A stretch of 64,000 nt of DNA. Origin: Orbicella franksi (taxonomy: Eukaryota). A program made the translations under genes and the position numbers. Below, in pieces: positions 1 to 12,605 of this stretch (the stretch's first letter is position 1; each line of letters starts with the position of its first letter). The notes beneath the pieces were generated by a model. The model worked only from the letters and a program-made list of their open reading frames with translations, made no database searches and had not been told where the DNA came from. The stretch spans positions 32,178,001 through 32,242,000 of the forward strand of contig OZ116701.1 of assembly GCA_964199315.1 (NCBI GenBank), in the 5' to 3' direction.

Positions 1-1604
1 TAGAGAAATATGCAAGTTTGCGAAATGGGTGGCTCATTGCTTTCATCATTAAGGCTTTGTTTTGTCTTAGCCTTCCGTAACAGTGGCTTCGCATCACTTT
101 CTACATTAACCTCTGGTGGTGAAAATGTTTTGGTCAACACATCACCAGGTTACATGTATAGGATATTCAGCACGGCGGCGCGAAGATATGAATTTTACTT
201 TCGAGTAGCACAAACAATATTTTACGAACGAGCGCAGCGAGTGCGTTAAGGTGGCTGAACACAGTTTTTGATACCAGTGTTTCATTCACCATTTTCTCTA
301 AAACCCTTGATCCCTCGGTCACCAAAAACGGCAACATGAATAAATATAAACAGGCCTTTAAAATCGGTTTTAGTTTATTTGTAGAAAATCTAGTCATTAG
401 ATTTTCTTTATAATTTGCATGCAGCAAGCTTGTAACGATACTCACAAGTTAACACCATTTGGATAATAATTTTACGGAAAGATCTTTAATTATCACTTGT
501 TGAAGGTTCACTGGAATATCTAGAATTTCCTTTTTTAAAGATCAATTTTTTTTCAACACTCCAGTTACTTATTTCTTGAAGTATTTTCGTGCCAAATTTC
601 GTGAAATTCTAATGAGTGGTTCTCGAGAAAAAGACGTATTTCCGAGAAAGCAATTTTTCATTTAATCGCAATTTTTTTACTACGGATGCGCTGCATTTAA
701 CTAGGTTCTTTCGATAACAACGAAAAAGCTGAGAATTGCTGGGTTCTTTGCATCATTACCTTTTCTAACATATCTTTGTAATAACAGATTAAAACCATCA
801 ATACAATGCGTTCAATTATAGAGAAAAATAGCACAGATAGTGCGGATGTTGAGTAAATAAAATGATCGCTCTATTGACTACTGCACTGTAGTCTTTTCTA
901 TTTGCAGTTTGATAGCTGTGGCAAGCAATTTGGTTCCAATATTTTAACAAGGATTCAGCTGTCGGTCAAAGTCAAACTTAAAAAGTTTATTTGTGTTCGA
1001 CACAAGTATTAACTGTAGTTTGAGGCGTGTTTTCATGAGTCTGGGCTCACAAAGATTTTACAATAACTTGGAATACGTTCTTGCAATAGGCATTAAATAA
1101 TTCTAAAATGGGACATTTTCAATGTCTCACTGCTCCTTAACGAGCATGGGCACCTCCCCCCCCCCCCCCCCCCATTTTTATTTTACAATTAAAGTTCTTA
1201 TTTGATAAATATTCAGTGGACAAAATTTGAACAAAAATCTATCGACAGTTTTATTTCAGGGGAATTACCTTAAGTATTGTTTTTAACGCGAAAAAGCTGA
1301 AAATTCACATCTCAAAGCCATCGCGTAATTTTCTTTTTATTCAATACAGACTGACTGTTTGCAGAAACACTGTGAAAAAGAGGGAAATGACGTCATCAAT
1401 ATCCTCACTAGTAATCCACCCCCCCCCCCCCCGGGTTTCGTATCAATTTTATTGGTAGTTTTCCAGCCTGAATCACTATATAGCACATGCTGTGACTTCA
1501 CTGAACAAATCTCGTCCCCTAAAACCCGTGTGTTTTCAATCAGCAGCGACGATTTGATTGTGCGAGTGTGAAAATGCGTAGAGAGAGCAGCCGGCTAATG
1601 CTGG

Positions 1605-1877
1605 CCCCCACTCCGACTTCCTCCAGAGGTCTCAATTTTTGGCGCTAAGCACCTTGCAGACTAAAAACAAACACGCACGAGAACCATACTCGAGCCGAAA
1701 CTAATCCAGGTGAGTAAAACCTATTATCATTCCATGCATTTCTTTCTTCCCTCTGAACGTTTGCCACAATCTACGTCAATTACGGAGCCAGTCAAGAAAT
1801 AAGTGGGCTTCGGCAAACAATTGATCTACGAGACACTGACAAATGCCGATATTTTGCTCAACGTTGTCCAATAATTG
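1605..1877. repeat. Interspersed repeat fragment; second copy at ~14870-15180
   Basis: Shared colinear text ccgacttc..cagaggtctcaatttttgg...gagccgaaactaatccag...gagacactgacaaat.ccgatattttgctcaac..gtccaataattg. Confidence 0.85.
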
Positions 1878-2540
1878 ACATGACAGCGGAGTCTGCGTTA
1901 GCTAAACTTTCGTTCGTCATGGGGGAAGAAGCACTGACACAAGGAGACAGGAAAATGGTAAGCTTTACGTTCCGTTTCGAAGTACGCTATCTGAAAACAA
2001 ACGCAAGTTCAGGGGATTTCCAGACGCTCTGTACAATCTCAGGTGTTTTGTGTAGAGCAGTTTTGTTAGGCATTTTATTTTCTTTTTGTACCTATGCCTA
2101 AATATTGACGGTTCCATCATTGCATGGTAACTTTTTTTTCTTTTGAACGCAAGGTAATAATTAGGAAATAGAAAACATGTTCCCTCGTCGGCTCGTGTTG
2201 CCACAGCATTTCTCGTTCTCCCAAACGGCCACTTGCGTTTCTATAACTCGAAATACTGCGACGAAAAAAACGAAAACAACTTGTCTACTTTGATCATCAA
2301 AATGTAAATTCTCTTTGCCCTCGTCATCATCACGTCAACAGCTCATGCTAGTTCTGTGTTTCCAACTAGTTATATACAGAAATACGATTTTAAACCAATC
2401 AGCTCGTGTATTTTCTTTAGGCTTTTGCCAATAAAAACCAATATTGTATATAGTGTACTTTCCAGTAAGAACATTGCTTTTCTCTTTTCCCGCAGCTTAT
2501 GAGATCAAATCTGCGAGGCGAGATTAGTGCATCCAGGTAG
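1877..2540 (+). CDS. ASPG: 3' end (last two exons) of a type I L-asparaginase / ASPG-family gene; possibly disrupted
   Basis: Exon ~1877-1957 (DMTAESALAKLSFVMGEEALTQGDRKM, donor GTAAGC) splices in phase 0 to exon 2496-2540 (acceptor ttttcccgcag; LMRSNLRGEISASR*). This matches the DMTxEAALxKLSY...LRGE C-terminal motif of AnsA/ASPG asparaginases. No native acceptor precedes the first exon because a repeat abuts it. Confidence 0.75.
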
Positions 2541-2714
2541 CAAGTGGTTTTAAACTGGACATTAAGGCTAAACAGCACCTGAAGTGCGGATCTTCTTGTG
2601 TAAAGCAACGTCATCGGTCCCTCCAGCCGGGAAAGAAAAGAACCAGCAAAAGAGAAGTCAAAGATCTTACACAGTACACGAACACGTTGACAAGACTGTT
2701 GTATTCTATTGTTC

Positions 2715-2864
2715 TAGGCCCACTTGGTCGACGGCTGGATAACGCTATCCACCGAATAAATCGCTCTCCTGTCGATAAGTGTTAAAAAAACAAACCACGC
2801 CATCTGCTGGATAGTGATTTATTCGGTGGATAGCGTTATCCACCTTTCGAACAACCCGGACCTG
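2715..2864. mobile_element. Short palindromic MITE (ggataacgctatcc family); second copy 25713-25865
   Basis: ggataacgctatccacc...ggtggatagcgttatccacctttcgaacaac; self-complementary ends. Confidence 0.75.
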
Positions 2865-3439
2865 TTCTTTGAGTTTTCAAGCTGATACTGAACGTAAAAA
2901 TTCTGCATTAGTCGCTCTTCGAACCTCACAATACTGCCTGGTTAGGCCAAACCAATGTTTTTATTGCTTTCTTTTACTGTGTTTTTACGAAGTTACAGCC
3001 TTAAACAACATCACAATTGAAGCTATCAATTAAATATATCAAGCTCATTCTCGCGATTTTTGCAGCGTCTAATTTTGAGGTTTCTGCGTAGTTCTCGAAA
3101 TCGCGAAAATTTGATGCCGAAAAAAGATCGTGGCTTACTTATATTCAACGAATTATCCAAAATCGCAATAAATTAAATGCCTCCAAATATTGACCTTCCA
3201 AAATTGCGAAATTGAGTTTCGCGAAAATTTCGACTGGTTGATTTCTTCCAGAACTTAATAATAACTTTTGTTACATCACACCGTTACTGTGTATGCCAAA
3301 ATTGATGTCTCCTCAACATCAAGAATAATTTTAACATCTCTTAACCAAAATGCTTCAGAACCAGCCCAAAAGTACAGATGCCGCATTGCAGTATTAAAAG
3401 CCGTTATACTTTCCCTAACAAGGTATCCTCAAGAGTAAT

Positions 3440-3790
3440 CACTGCAATTGCTAGCCTAACGCAAGAGATCATGAAGAGTGACAGAGTTAGCCCTCCTATA
3501 CGCTTTATTCGCATGGTCATCCTTCTCAAGGTATTTTTAGACCTTGTCCGGTTTCGGAAACCCAGGAGAGTCCAGAAACAGCCAATCTTGTAACGCGGAC
3601 TCTGGTCACGTGAACAGCTCAAGTGGGCTTACACGCATTTTCATCCTCCACGAAAACATCCATGCAACGCGCATGGTAAGATTATCCACGGAAGAGCTGG
3701 GTACCATGTCTAAAAATAACTTAAGAGGGATTACCTTTCGGACAAGGCTTATATGGTGGATTAACTTTCTCATCCTTCATCCTCTCTTGC
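3440..3790. mobile_element. Degenerate MITE with ~90-bp TIRs; related copy at ~44225-44560
   Basis: 3455-3540 is an inverted, degenerate copy of 3710-3790. ataacttaagagggattacct...cctctcttgcct and ggatgttttc.tggaggat.aaaatgcgtgt also occur at 44225-44560. Confidence 0.7.
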
Positions 3791-4018
3791 CTAATGCTGC
3801 GAAATGTTAGGTAAGTTCAAATGAATATCTCCCATCTTGCTTCTTTGAGGTGAAAAATATTAAGTTTCACAATGTAACGATGCTGTAGGGGTTCGTTACA
3901 CCAAGCCATTTCGTGCAAGAACTTAGAATCACAGTAATATTGTTTTTTTTTTTTAATCTGGAAGAACAGGCAATCTTTCCAGATTGATAGTTCGTTCTTT
4001 AGAGAGTTGTCGCTGCTT

Positions 4019-7000
4019 TCATTCCCTTGCATCTATCTTTCTTCGTGAATACTTGACTTTTAGGAGGTCGCCCACTTCGTCGATTGCTTCCAGAGCCTGT
4101 TGAATGATTACAACACCAAAGTCAATACCTTGCACAGCAATTGCAATAGATAGTCGCGAGTTGGTGGGGTGCGTGTGTGGGAGGAAACGCGTGTGGTGTG
4201 GAAATACGCGCGTGTCTCTCTCGCGTGCGCTTCCCGCCAACTCCCATCATTGCCCCCGCAGGGTTTTGGCCCAGACGGTCAAAACCCGAGGAGGCACCCT
4301 AGAGGTCCCCACGTAGAGGGAGAAAAGTTTCGCCGTAGCAGAAAAATTATCGATTTTTGAGAACACGGCTCGCAAAGGATTACCCAAAAGTACGCAAAGG
4401 ATTGCCGAAAGTTTGCTGGGGGTCGAATAAACACACCGCGATCAAGTAAATTCTCTTCGAAATGGCGGAGATTCTGGTATAGAATAAATTGAAAACGATT
4501 TCAAAGATCCTGAAGATGGATTTTGGGATAAAAACAACTCAAAAGGTATCGTAAGTAATACTGAAGTACCGGTAAATCTCGATATTCGAGGCGAATGTCG
4601 CTTCGCTCGTGTTCAATTGTGACTACAATACTTCCGATCGCCAATTCTACCTTTGGCATGTCGTTTATTCAGATCACTCATTTGTGCTGAGTTAACTTAC
4701 GTGGCGTAGAGATCATGTCACGGCTGGGTGACTTAGCAGGAATCCAAAGGTAAATGTAAATGTTTTGCAACGTTTTCGTTGAGCACAAAGAACTTGACTC
4801 TAATTTGCAATTATCGATTAGAGCAGCGACAGTACGCGATACTCCTGTTAATAACCTGAGTATCAGGCCTTTCTTAGCAAGAGGGTAGGGGAAGGGGGAA
4901 ATTGCAGAGAAAGGCCTTTTCTTTACCGGGTGCTTTCTCCTCCTACCCGTCTCAGAAAAAAATCGTGACAGCAAGTTCCAGATGATTTTCTCAACTGCTG
5001 TTCTGCTTTCGAGATACTTTTGCTCTTATAGTAAGAAAAAATGGTTTGTTTCATCATCAAATTCAAACAGCAGAGTGGTTTGACATAATATTTTGTTGCT
5101 CTATAATTTTGTAACCATTTTTTTCTTAAGTTCTACTGAGTGAAATTTTTTTGAAACAGAAATATTACTTCCCATGAAGGAAACATTTTTTTTTTCAGAA
5201 AGTACTTTTTGTTTCCCTTCAAACGAAAACTCACGGCTGTCTGGAATGGAATGAGTTAAATAGAAAGTGTTGGTTTAGTTTACTTAGTTGAATGTTTGGA
5301 TATTAACCACGATAAGATGTCTAAGTTATAGGAACATTATGAGTGATAAAGTTTACAAAAAAAAAAGATATAGAAGTTTTAGTTCATACAATAATGTTCA
5401 ATTGTTTTCCGTCAGTAGAAATAAAAGAAAGCGGGGGCAGCTTTAGTGATAACTATTACTGGTGTATACAAAGTGAACAGGGTGCTACGGAATCGAACAG
5501 CAATACTACAGGACTAGTCCGAAAAGCCTGATTGGCCGCAAAAGCATGAAAAGGCGGGAAATTTCGTGTAACTGCAGCCTCGACTTAAGCCTGACACCTG
5601 ACTGGTCAACAACACGATCATGCTGTGAGCTGATTGGTGGTGGCCCAAGTCAGTTTCCCAAAAGCATTGCGACAGTGCAATCCAGAGTTCTTGTGATTCA
5701 TCTCACCTTATCCAGCATTTCCCTGGTGTGTGAAGCTGAAAGACAAATTCTTGCTCTCGCCTCAATCAGTGAAGTGGCCGGAAACCCCGCGATGACTACA
5801 GCTACGTTTCTTTTCAACATTTCACGAGAAAAGGCTCTGCAACAAAATATTGAACACTTGTGAGTGATCAAGTTTGGTTATGTAAAGAATTCCTCAGACG
5901 ATAAAGCATTTTAGTTACTTCAAGTATTATAAGCCACATTCTTCCTCTGCTTGAAAGGCGTCGGAGTCTGGACCCTAAAAATGCCATACTGATGACGTCA
6001 TTATAGAAGTCCGTGTAGCGTGTCTGATTGGTTATTACTCTTTTTTTAAATTTTCACGCGCTTTTAATAACCAATCATATCTCTGTAGAGTCACAACTCT
6101 ATTTGCATACATCTTTGGTAATAAAACTGACTTACACAGTTTTTGCCGGCATGTAGAGAAGAATTGGTACCACTGCCGAAGCATCATGACCGTACACAAT
6201 AAATCCCATCTTTTTAAGCCTTTGTCTGAAGTACCTGTAATGTACAGAAAACAGCGCGTTACCTCAAAAGTTGTACCGTAGTTAGGATCACTGTTGCAAA
6301 GTTTTGTGAGAAGGAAACAGATATTTTCCCATGTAACCGCACCTCACGTTCAGGTTTGATGCAAACTCGCCCGAGGCAACGTACAATAGTTTAAGAAGGA
6401 ATTCACCAGAAGTTCGAGTAACAAGTGGACGAAAACTTTGTACTGAAATGATTTACATCATATTGCAAACTTCTGTGAGACTGTTTGTGAAATGAAACTG
6501 ATGATGAAATTTTACCTGTGTTTGCACAATTTCCCAGAACTTTGAAATTTTATTTTCTCGAGTTCCCATGGGAGATTGTTTTCGGTGTTATTTCAGGCAA
6601 CTGTTTATATCTGTAGCTTTAGGAAACTTTAAAATACGTAACATTATTCTGGTGCAAGGTTTTTGTCGACTAAAAACTGAAATTGCTCGAATTCCAATCG
6701 GAATTCGTCTTAATGCTTTAAGTTAGTACATAGAACTCTGAACTAAATTAAATCATTATAGTTTTATAATTACACTTACTTGCAATTCCGTGCTAAAGTG
6801 CACAGCCTCTGCTTTCCTAAAAAAAATTAAAAAGACAATTTCAGACACGATCCTGTTGCTGTAGCTTTGAAAAACCCACTGGTTCCAGTGGAATATTTTC
6901 TACGGTCAAACAAAGTACCAACCAGTGACCAACAGCATGACAAAATAATAAATGAAATTACAGGAGAGATTACACAATGTAATGGAGTCTTCATCACACC

Positions 7001-10000
7001 GTGAAGTTTCGTATGTAACGACCCTCGTTAATTTTGGAATTAGCCGCCTTTGGGGCTGGCTACTTTCGGGAGGGTCGTTACTTTAGGAAGTTTACGGTAT
7101 TGGCACCCTAATTCTTCGTTCTAATCGACCTGTTAGCGTAAAGCGAGCAGCAATGGAAACCATTCTCGTCCCCTGAGGGCGCGATCCTTTTGGTTAGCAC
7201 TAAGAATGCGAATCTCTAGCCAGTCCTCGACCAGTCTCCAGTTTCTGAGCATGCCCAGAGTGCTCAGTTTTATTTGTCAGCCAAACAGACTGCGTCGGAA
7301 GTCCGTGGATCGTGGATTTTCCACCTGGACTTGGCCAGAGGTGGACAGAGGTCCAATTTAACGACAAGGATCGCGGCCACTGATACGAGGAATGTTGTGG
7401 AAATTACCGACTAACTGGGCATGCGTGTTACTGTAACCTTTTCACAACTGTCGCTTACCAGTAAGAATGAAGACTTCAGGAGAAAAAGAAGGCCAAAAGA
7501 AAAGCGAAATGTAGGCTCCGAAGATGCGTGGAGTATGAATTTAACCAACCTTTGTTTGTGCCGTCTTCGCCCATGATTATTTTCATGGATGACAATATTT
7601 GCATGACCACTGGGGGTGACATGAAGGAGGCGTACGCGGCACTGTGCGAAGTACCTCGGATATGGTTTATTATTTCCTGTAAAAATGAAATACCGACTGT
7701 TACACGCTGATCATCTCATATTCAACAAGCGCGAGTGGAATAATTGTTTCATCAGTTAAACTGTTCAGGTACAGTGATGGCTAAATCAATGAAACCTCTT
7801 GAACTGTATTATCCAATGATCCAGTTTTAAATAATGTTTCTTATCAAATCCTAGAGTGTGAATGACCTTTCAAATGAAAGCTATGGAGCATTATTAACCA
7901 ACTGCAGCGAATACCGTCCAAATAACAGTACAAATATACAGCGATATTTTACAGTAGAAAACCTGTTTGCCATATTTGTACAGTAGAGAACCTGTTTGCC
8001 ATATTTGTACAGTAGAGAACCTGTTTGACGTACAGGTCGGCGCGCGCACGCAAAACTGTTACACTCTCCCTCTTTCATTGATAAATTTATTTACTACAGC
8101 AGTTGGATAATAAATCCCTTATTAGATATTTTGGTGTGTAGTATCGATCGCTGTATATTTTTACTCGTTGTTTGTATTTTGACTCGCCCTACGGGCTCGT
8201 CAAAATACGGCACAACTCGTCAAAATATTCAGCGATACTACACACCAGAACATCTAATAAGATATATGCACCTCCATGTGGCACCGCTTGTTGTCCTTTA
8301 TTGAACACAACTTCAATCAATACAAAAGAAGCTCGGCTCCCTCTAACCTCTGACGCAGCGATGTATCCCCCTGCTGCTCCAAAGCTCTTGGTAAATGTCC
8401 CCATCATGATGTCGATATCAGCTGGGTCCACACCAAAGTAGTCTGTAACGCCCCTTCCGTTGGGACCCATGGCACCAATACTGTGGGCCTCATCTAGGTA
8501 TATGTATGCTTTGTACTTCTTTTTAAGGGCCACAATCTCTGGGAGCTTCGCTAAAGAGCCCTCCATACTGAAAAAAAGAAATAAAATGTACCAAGTTGTC
8601 GCGTTCACAGACGACCTTGAAATCGTTTTAATTTAGCCCAAATCACGCATGTATTGACTCGGACAACGCCTCAGTAAATTATTTTGACGGAATCCGTTAT
8701 TTCAGCGTTCATTCGTGGTATGTTCAAGTCGTGGTAACCATGTAGTGTTCTTAAAAATGACTTATTCAAGCCCCGGTGTATGATCCGTAGGAAGAGTCCT
8801 TAGACGGTGAGATTTGTTCGGTCTTAAGATCACTAAATACCGAGTAGTTTCTGGGTACTTTGTAAGTCTGAAACATTGTTACATCGGGAAATTCGTCGTG
8901 TCACGGGGCTTTTTCGTTATCTCGGGAGGAGCTCGCCCGCGCAGCGTCACTCACTCACCTATAAACACCTTCAACAATAATGAGGATCTTCTTCCACGCT
9001 CTGTGTGTCCTCGGCTGTCCCTGCACAACGGATTCTCGTAGTATGTTCTCCAAACTCTTCATATCTAGAATGTTATGATAAATATTTAGACTCTATTTAC
9101 GATACAGATGTGTAGTGTAGGCAACTTACATGAGAGTATGCTGAAAGGAAGGAAGGTCTGGAGATAAATGCTAACTCTAAGGCGCTCTTGTGCGCTTTTG
9201 TCAAGCTCAACTTTTGATGACAGTCAACGTCAGCTGTCGATCGTTTGACTTGCAGAACGTCAACTTAGTCTTGCATCCTTTTCAAGTATCTCGCTTCTCC
9301 TTTTCTTGAATCTCGGTTATTCCCAGCTCCCGGTCTTACGAGACTGTAGAGTCCCGCTTACTTGATTTGTTTGTTTGTTTTTGGAAGTAGGACTGGTCGG
9401 TGTCGGTCTTTAAGTCGGTCGTTAAGTCTCCTTGAATAAGGAAAAATAATAACACGGAAAATCCCCGTCACCTACTTCCCAGACCCCTCGTGCTTGCGCT
9501 GCGAGCCTTACCATTGTGTTTGAATACTTTAATCTTTGCTCCTGACAACCTTGCTCCCAACACCAGTGATGTGTGGTTGAGTTCGTCGCTAATAATCAAG
9601 TCTCCCTTGCCCACCAGAGTGGGGATATTTGCAGAGTTGGTGGCGAATCCCATACCAAACACCATAGCAGCAGGTTTACCAACAAACCTAGCGACAAGGG
9701 CTTCTAGTTCGTCGTGAATGGCAAGGGTACCTGGAACGAGAAAAGAGGAAATGTTATCAATACGACAGAATTATCGCAGGTGTTTCCATTTAGTACTGAG
9801 TCGACTGGGATGTCCATATTTACATAATAGGCACACTGCGGTGACAAACGTGACAAAACGACGTCTGTCGAAGAGCTATGATTTTAATCTTGACTTTTCA
9901 TATGCTACAACATACATCTTCAGAAATGGCCGTTAAGTTAAATTACAAATACTGACTATATAATATGTAACCTGAAAGACTGGTAGCTTAGGACCATGAA

Positions 10001-12347
10001 AGGAACATGAAATAATCAATTCCTGAGCTAGTTTTTTTTTCTGAGCTGTACAGTCCTCCGCAGGAGAAAAGATTGCGACTGGTAGATTTACCCATATTTC
10101 TTAGCGCACGAAAACTTTAACAAACGTACAGGAATGTTCTAAAATCTTCCGTAAACCCAGCACACACAATGTAGTTGGCACAAGGGACAAATATTGCAAA
10201 AATATGGCCTTCTTCAGTCTTCGAACTTTATGGGCTGTGTAATATTCGCATGCTCGAGCAATATCCACTGTTGAGGCTAAGAAAGAATTAGAAAAACGAT
10301 ATTCCTTCGACACACTCTAAAACATGTAAAAAGTTTTAAAAACTGTTGAAAAACCTGTAACATTGGCACTACAAAATATACTCCGCTAAAACACTAGCCT
10401 CATCAGTTGCACACCATATTGGATTTCGTAAATTTGTTACGATAAACAAAGTAGCAGATAATTCCTTTCACAGAATAGACGTTTGAAACCACTAACGGGC
10501 CAAATTCATTTGAGTTCAGCACGTCAGTGGCACGACGTTTGGACTAGGCCTTAAAAATTTATTGATAGCATTAAGTCTAGAAATCGCAGAAAACTTTAAT
10601 TGATTACTCAGATTCCAGCGACCCTATCCAGACCCTGTATATCTGGGGTCACTCACCATATTCGTGTCTCGAGCTGCACCCTGCGATGCCGTACTCACGG
10701 ACCGCCTGTTCAGCGGATTCTGCGCATGGTCCAGAATTCTCAGCGAACCCAAGGTAGTTGTACGAAGCAAGATTCACAGTCTTTGTAGTCGTTCCTGGAT
10801 AGCTGCAAAAATGTTTTATTAAAAAAGTACCGTCGGTATTGATCTTTTGTTTACCCAAAATAAGATAGAGAACAGAAGGGAGGCCAGTAATTTATAGGCA
10901 ATATTAAAGAAAAAGAAAGGGCGCTTTGGAAATAAACGAGTTCGTAACTGGGAAAAAGCAGTTTTATCCAGTTTGCAAGAGATTGGATAAAGGGCAACTG
11001 GTAATTAGCAAACTTGGCCATGGCGACTACGAGCAGGGTGCTATTTTCCTCCCATAGTGAAGGGCTGTGACAGCCTAATAAGTGAGTGCATGGTCATGGA
11101 CCCGGAAAAGGGATTTAGCCTTCCCCCCCCCCCCCCCCACCTCCGTCTCAACACCTCATGACACTTTGTTCGCAGCTATTCAAAGGATTTGGAGACTGGC
11201 ATTTCCTTGTCTTAAATTGGATCTAATATCTAACACGTAAGTCCTTTTAATCACCGAGGAAAGCCTCAAAACGAATAGTTTTCTAAGATAGAAAAAACTA
11301 AAGAAAAAATACAAAACCACAAATAAACAAGGATAATTTATAATTGAGGAAGATTGAGACAGCTAACGAACGGACAAGCTTGAAAAACAAATAGCCTTCC
11401 ACTGCCCCCAAGTCCTATCAAGTTTGAATCGGCCATGGCGAGGACGTTTCCTTATACTCGAACCCAAGCTCCGGGAGAAATTCGCAACGCATACCTGAAG
11501 GTCCAGTTCCAGTCATGTGATTGCCTGTCCACTAGATCGATCTCTCCACCAGGTACGCTACAGATGGGTCTGTTAAAACAGTCTCTTACACGAGTGTAAA
11601 GATTTCTCGTGTAGAAACTTTCAAAGTCAGAGTAGAGTGGTACGAAGCCCTGAAATGTCAAAATAAATCCCTCCGATTTGAGCAAAAAGTCTTGCTCCAG
11701 GTATTTCAAGCTATAAACAGGTTTGAAGGCCTGTTTACAAGGAGGGAGGGTTACACTAGCAAGCGAGTTAACCCTAGCTGAAGGGCAATAGGTAGCCCGG
11801 GTCTACAGACAAAATTTCACATGTAGGGTAACCCTAGAACCCAAGACAACTTAATGCGCGGTTACACTCAAATGGTTAATCCTACCTGGAGTGTTTACAA
11901 GGGAAAAAGTTAACCCGTTTGCCAGGGTAACCCTTGCACGCAGATAGGGCAACCCGCCTACTCGGGTAACCCTAGCTGTTTTGTAAACACGACAAAGAAA
12001 AAAAGGAGGAAATGTGTGAGTGCTTAGAGGTCCTTATCCGAGGAATTTGAGAACGCATCAAATATTTCCATCCCTGACACTACGCCGGAGAAATTTAAAA
12101 ACGCGACAATACGGTCATTTTGGATTTGTGTTTGAGGAAAATTCGGGCAGGGAATATTATGGTTATCGTAACGTCATCGTTTTCGAAAAGCATCGTTTTC
12201 AAAATGTTTTTCGTCCACACAAACGGAAAGCCGGCGTTTTCAATAGAAAATTGTTCTTGCAACTTTTGTCCCAACAAACTGCGTGATCACCTGCAGACCC
12301 GGGGGGGTACTTTGGAAATTTCTGGGTGGGGATGTGCCGCTGGGACC

Positions 12348-12378
<31 letters not shown>

Positions 12379-12566
12379 CAGCTGAATTTGCTACCCTATA
12401 CTAGATTAAACTCCCTAAATCCCCCCATCTATCGACACTGTTGAGGCTGATTTGCATAAATGTAAACTTGCCGATTTGATTTTTTTATATTTTTGAGTGG
12501 CAATTCCTGGTTCCTTAGCCTAGATAAAATCTTCAACCAACTAGTCAGTTTTGTGAAAAGTTATAC

Positions 12567-12605
<39 letters not shown>

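Noticed and set aside
1-112. Possible - strand exon running off the left edge (EVNVESDAKPLLRKAKTKQSLNDESNEPPISQTCIFL) after ttttcaccaccag
   Set aside because: Only 37 codons, no recognisable homology and the donor lies outside the window; cannot be supported.
3378-4032. ORFs 3378-3810 and 3817-4032 (YYCDSK looked RNase H-like)
   Set aside because: They overlap a non-coding MITE and the SPT-A 3' flank; no other retroelement motifs are present.
7952-8027. Short direct repeats considered as a CRISPR-like array (also 49512-49830)
   Set aside because: The repeats are contiguous without unique spacers, the context is eukaryotic and no cas genes are present.
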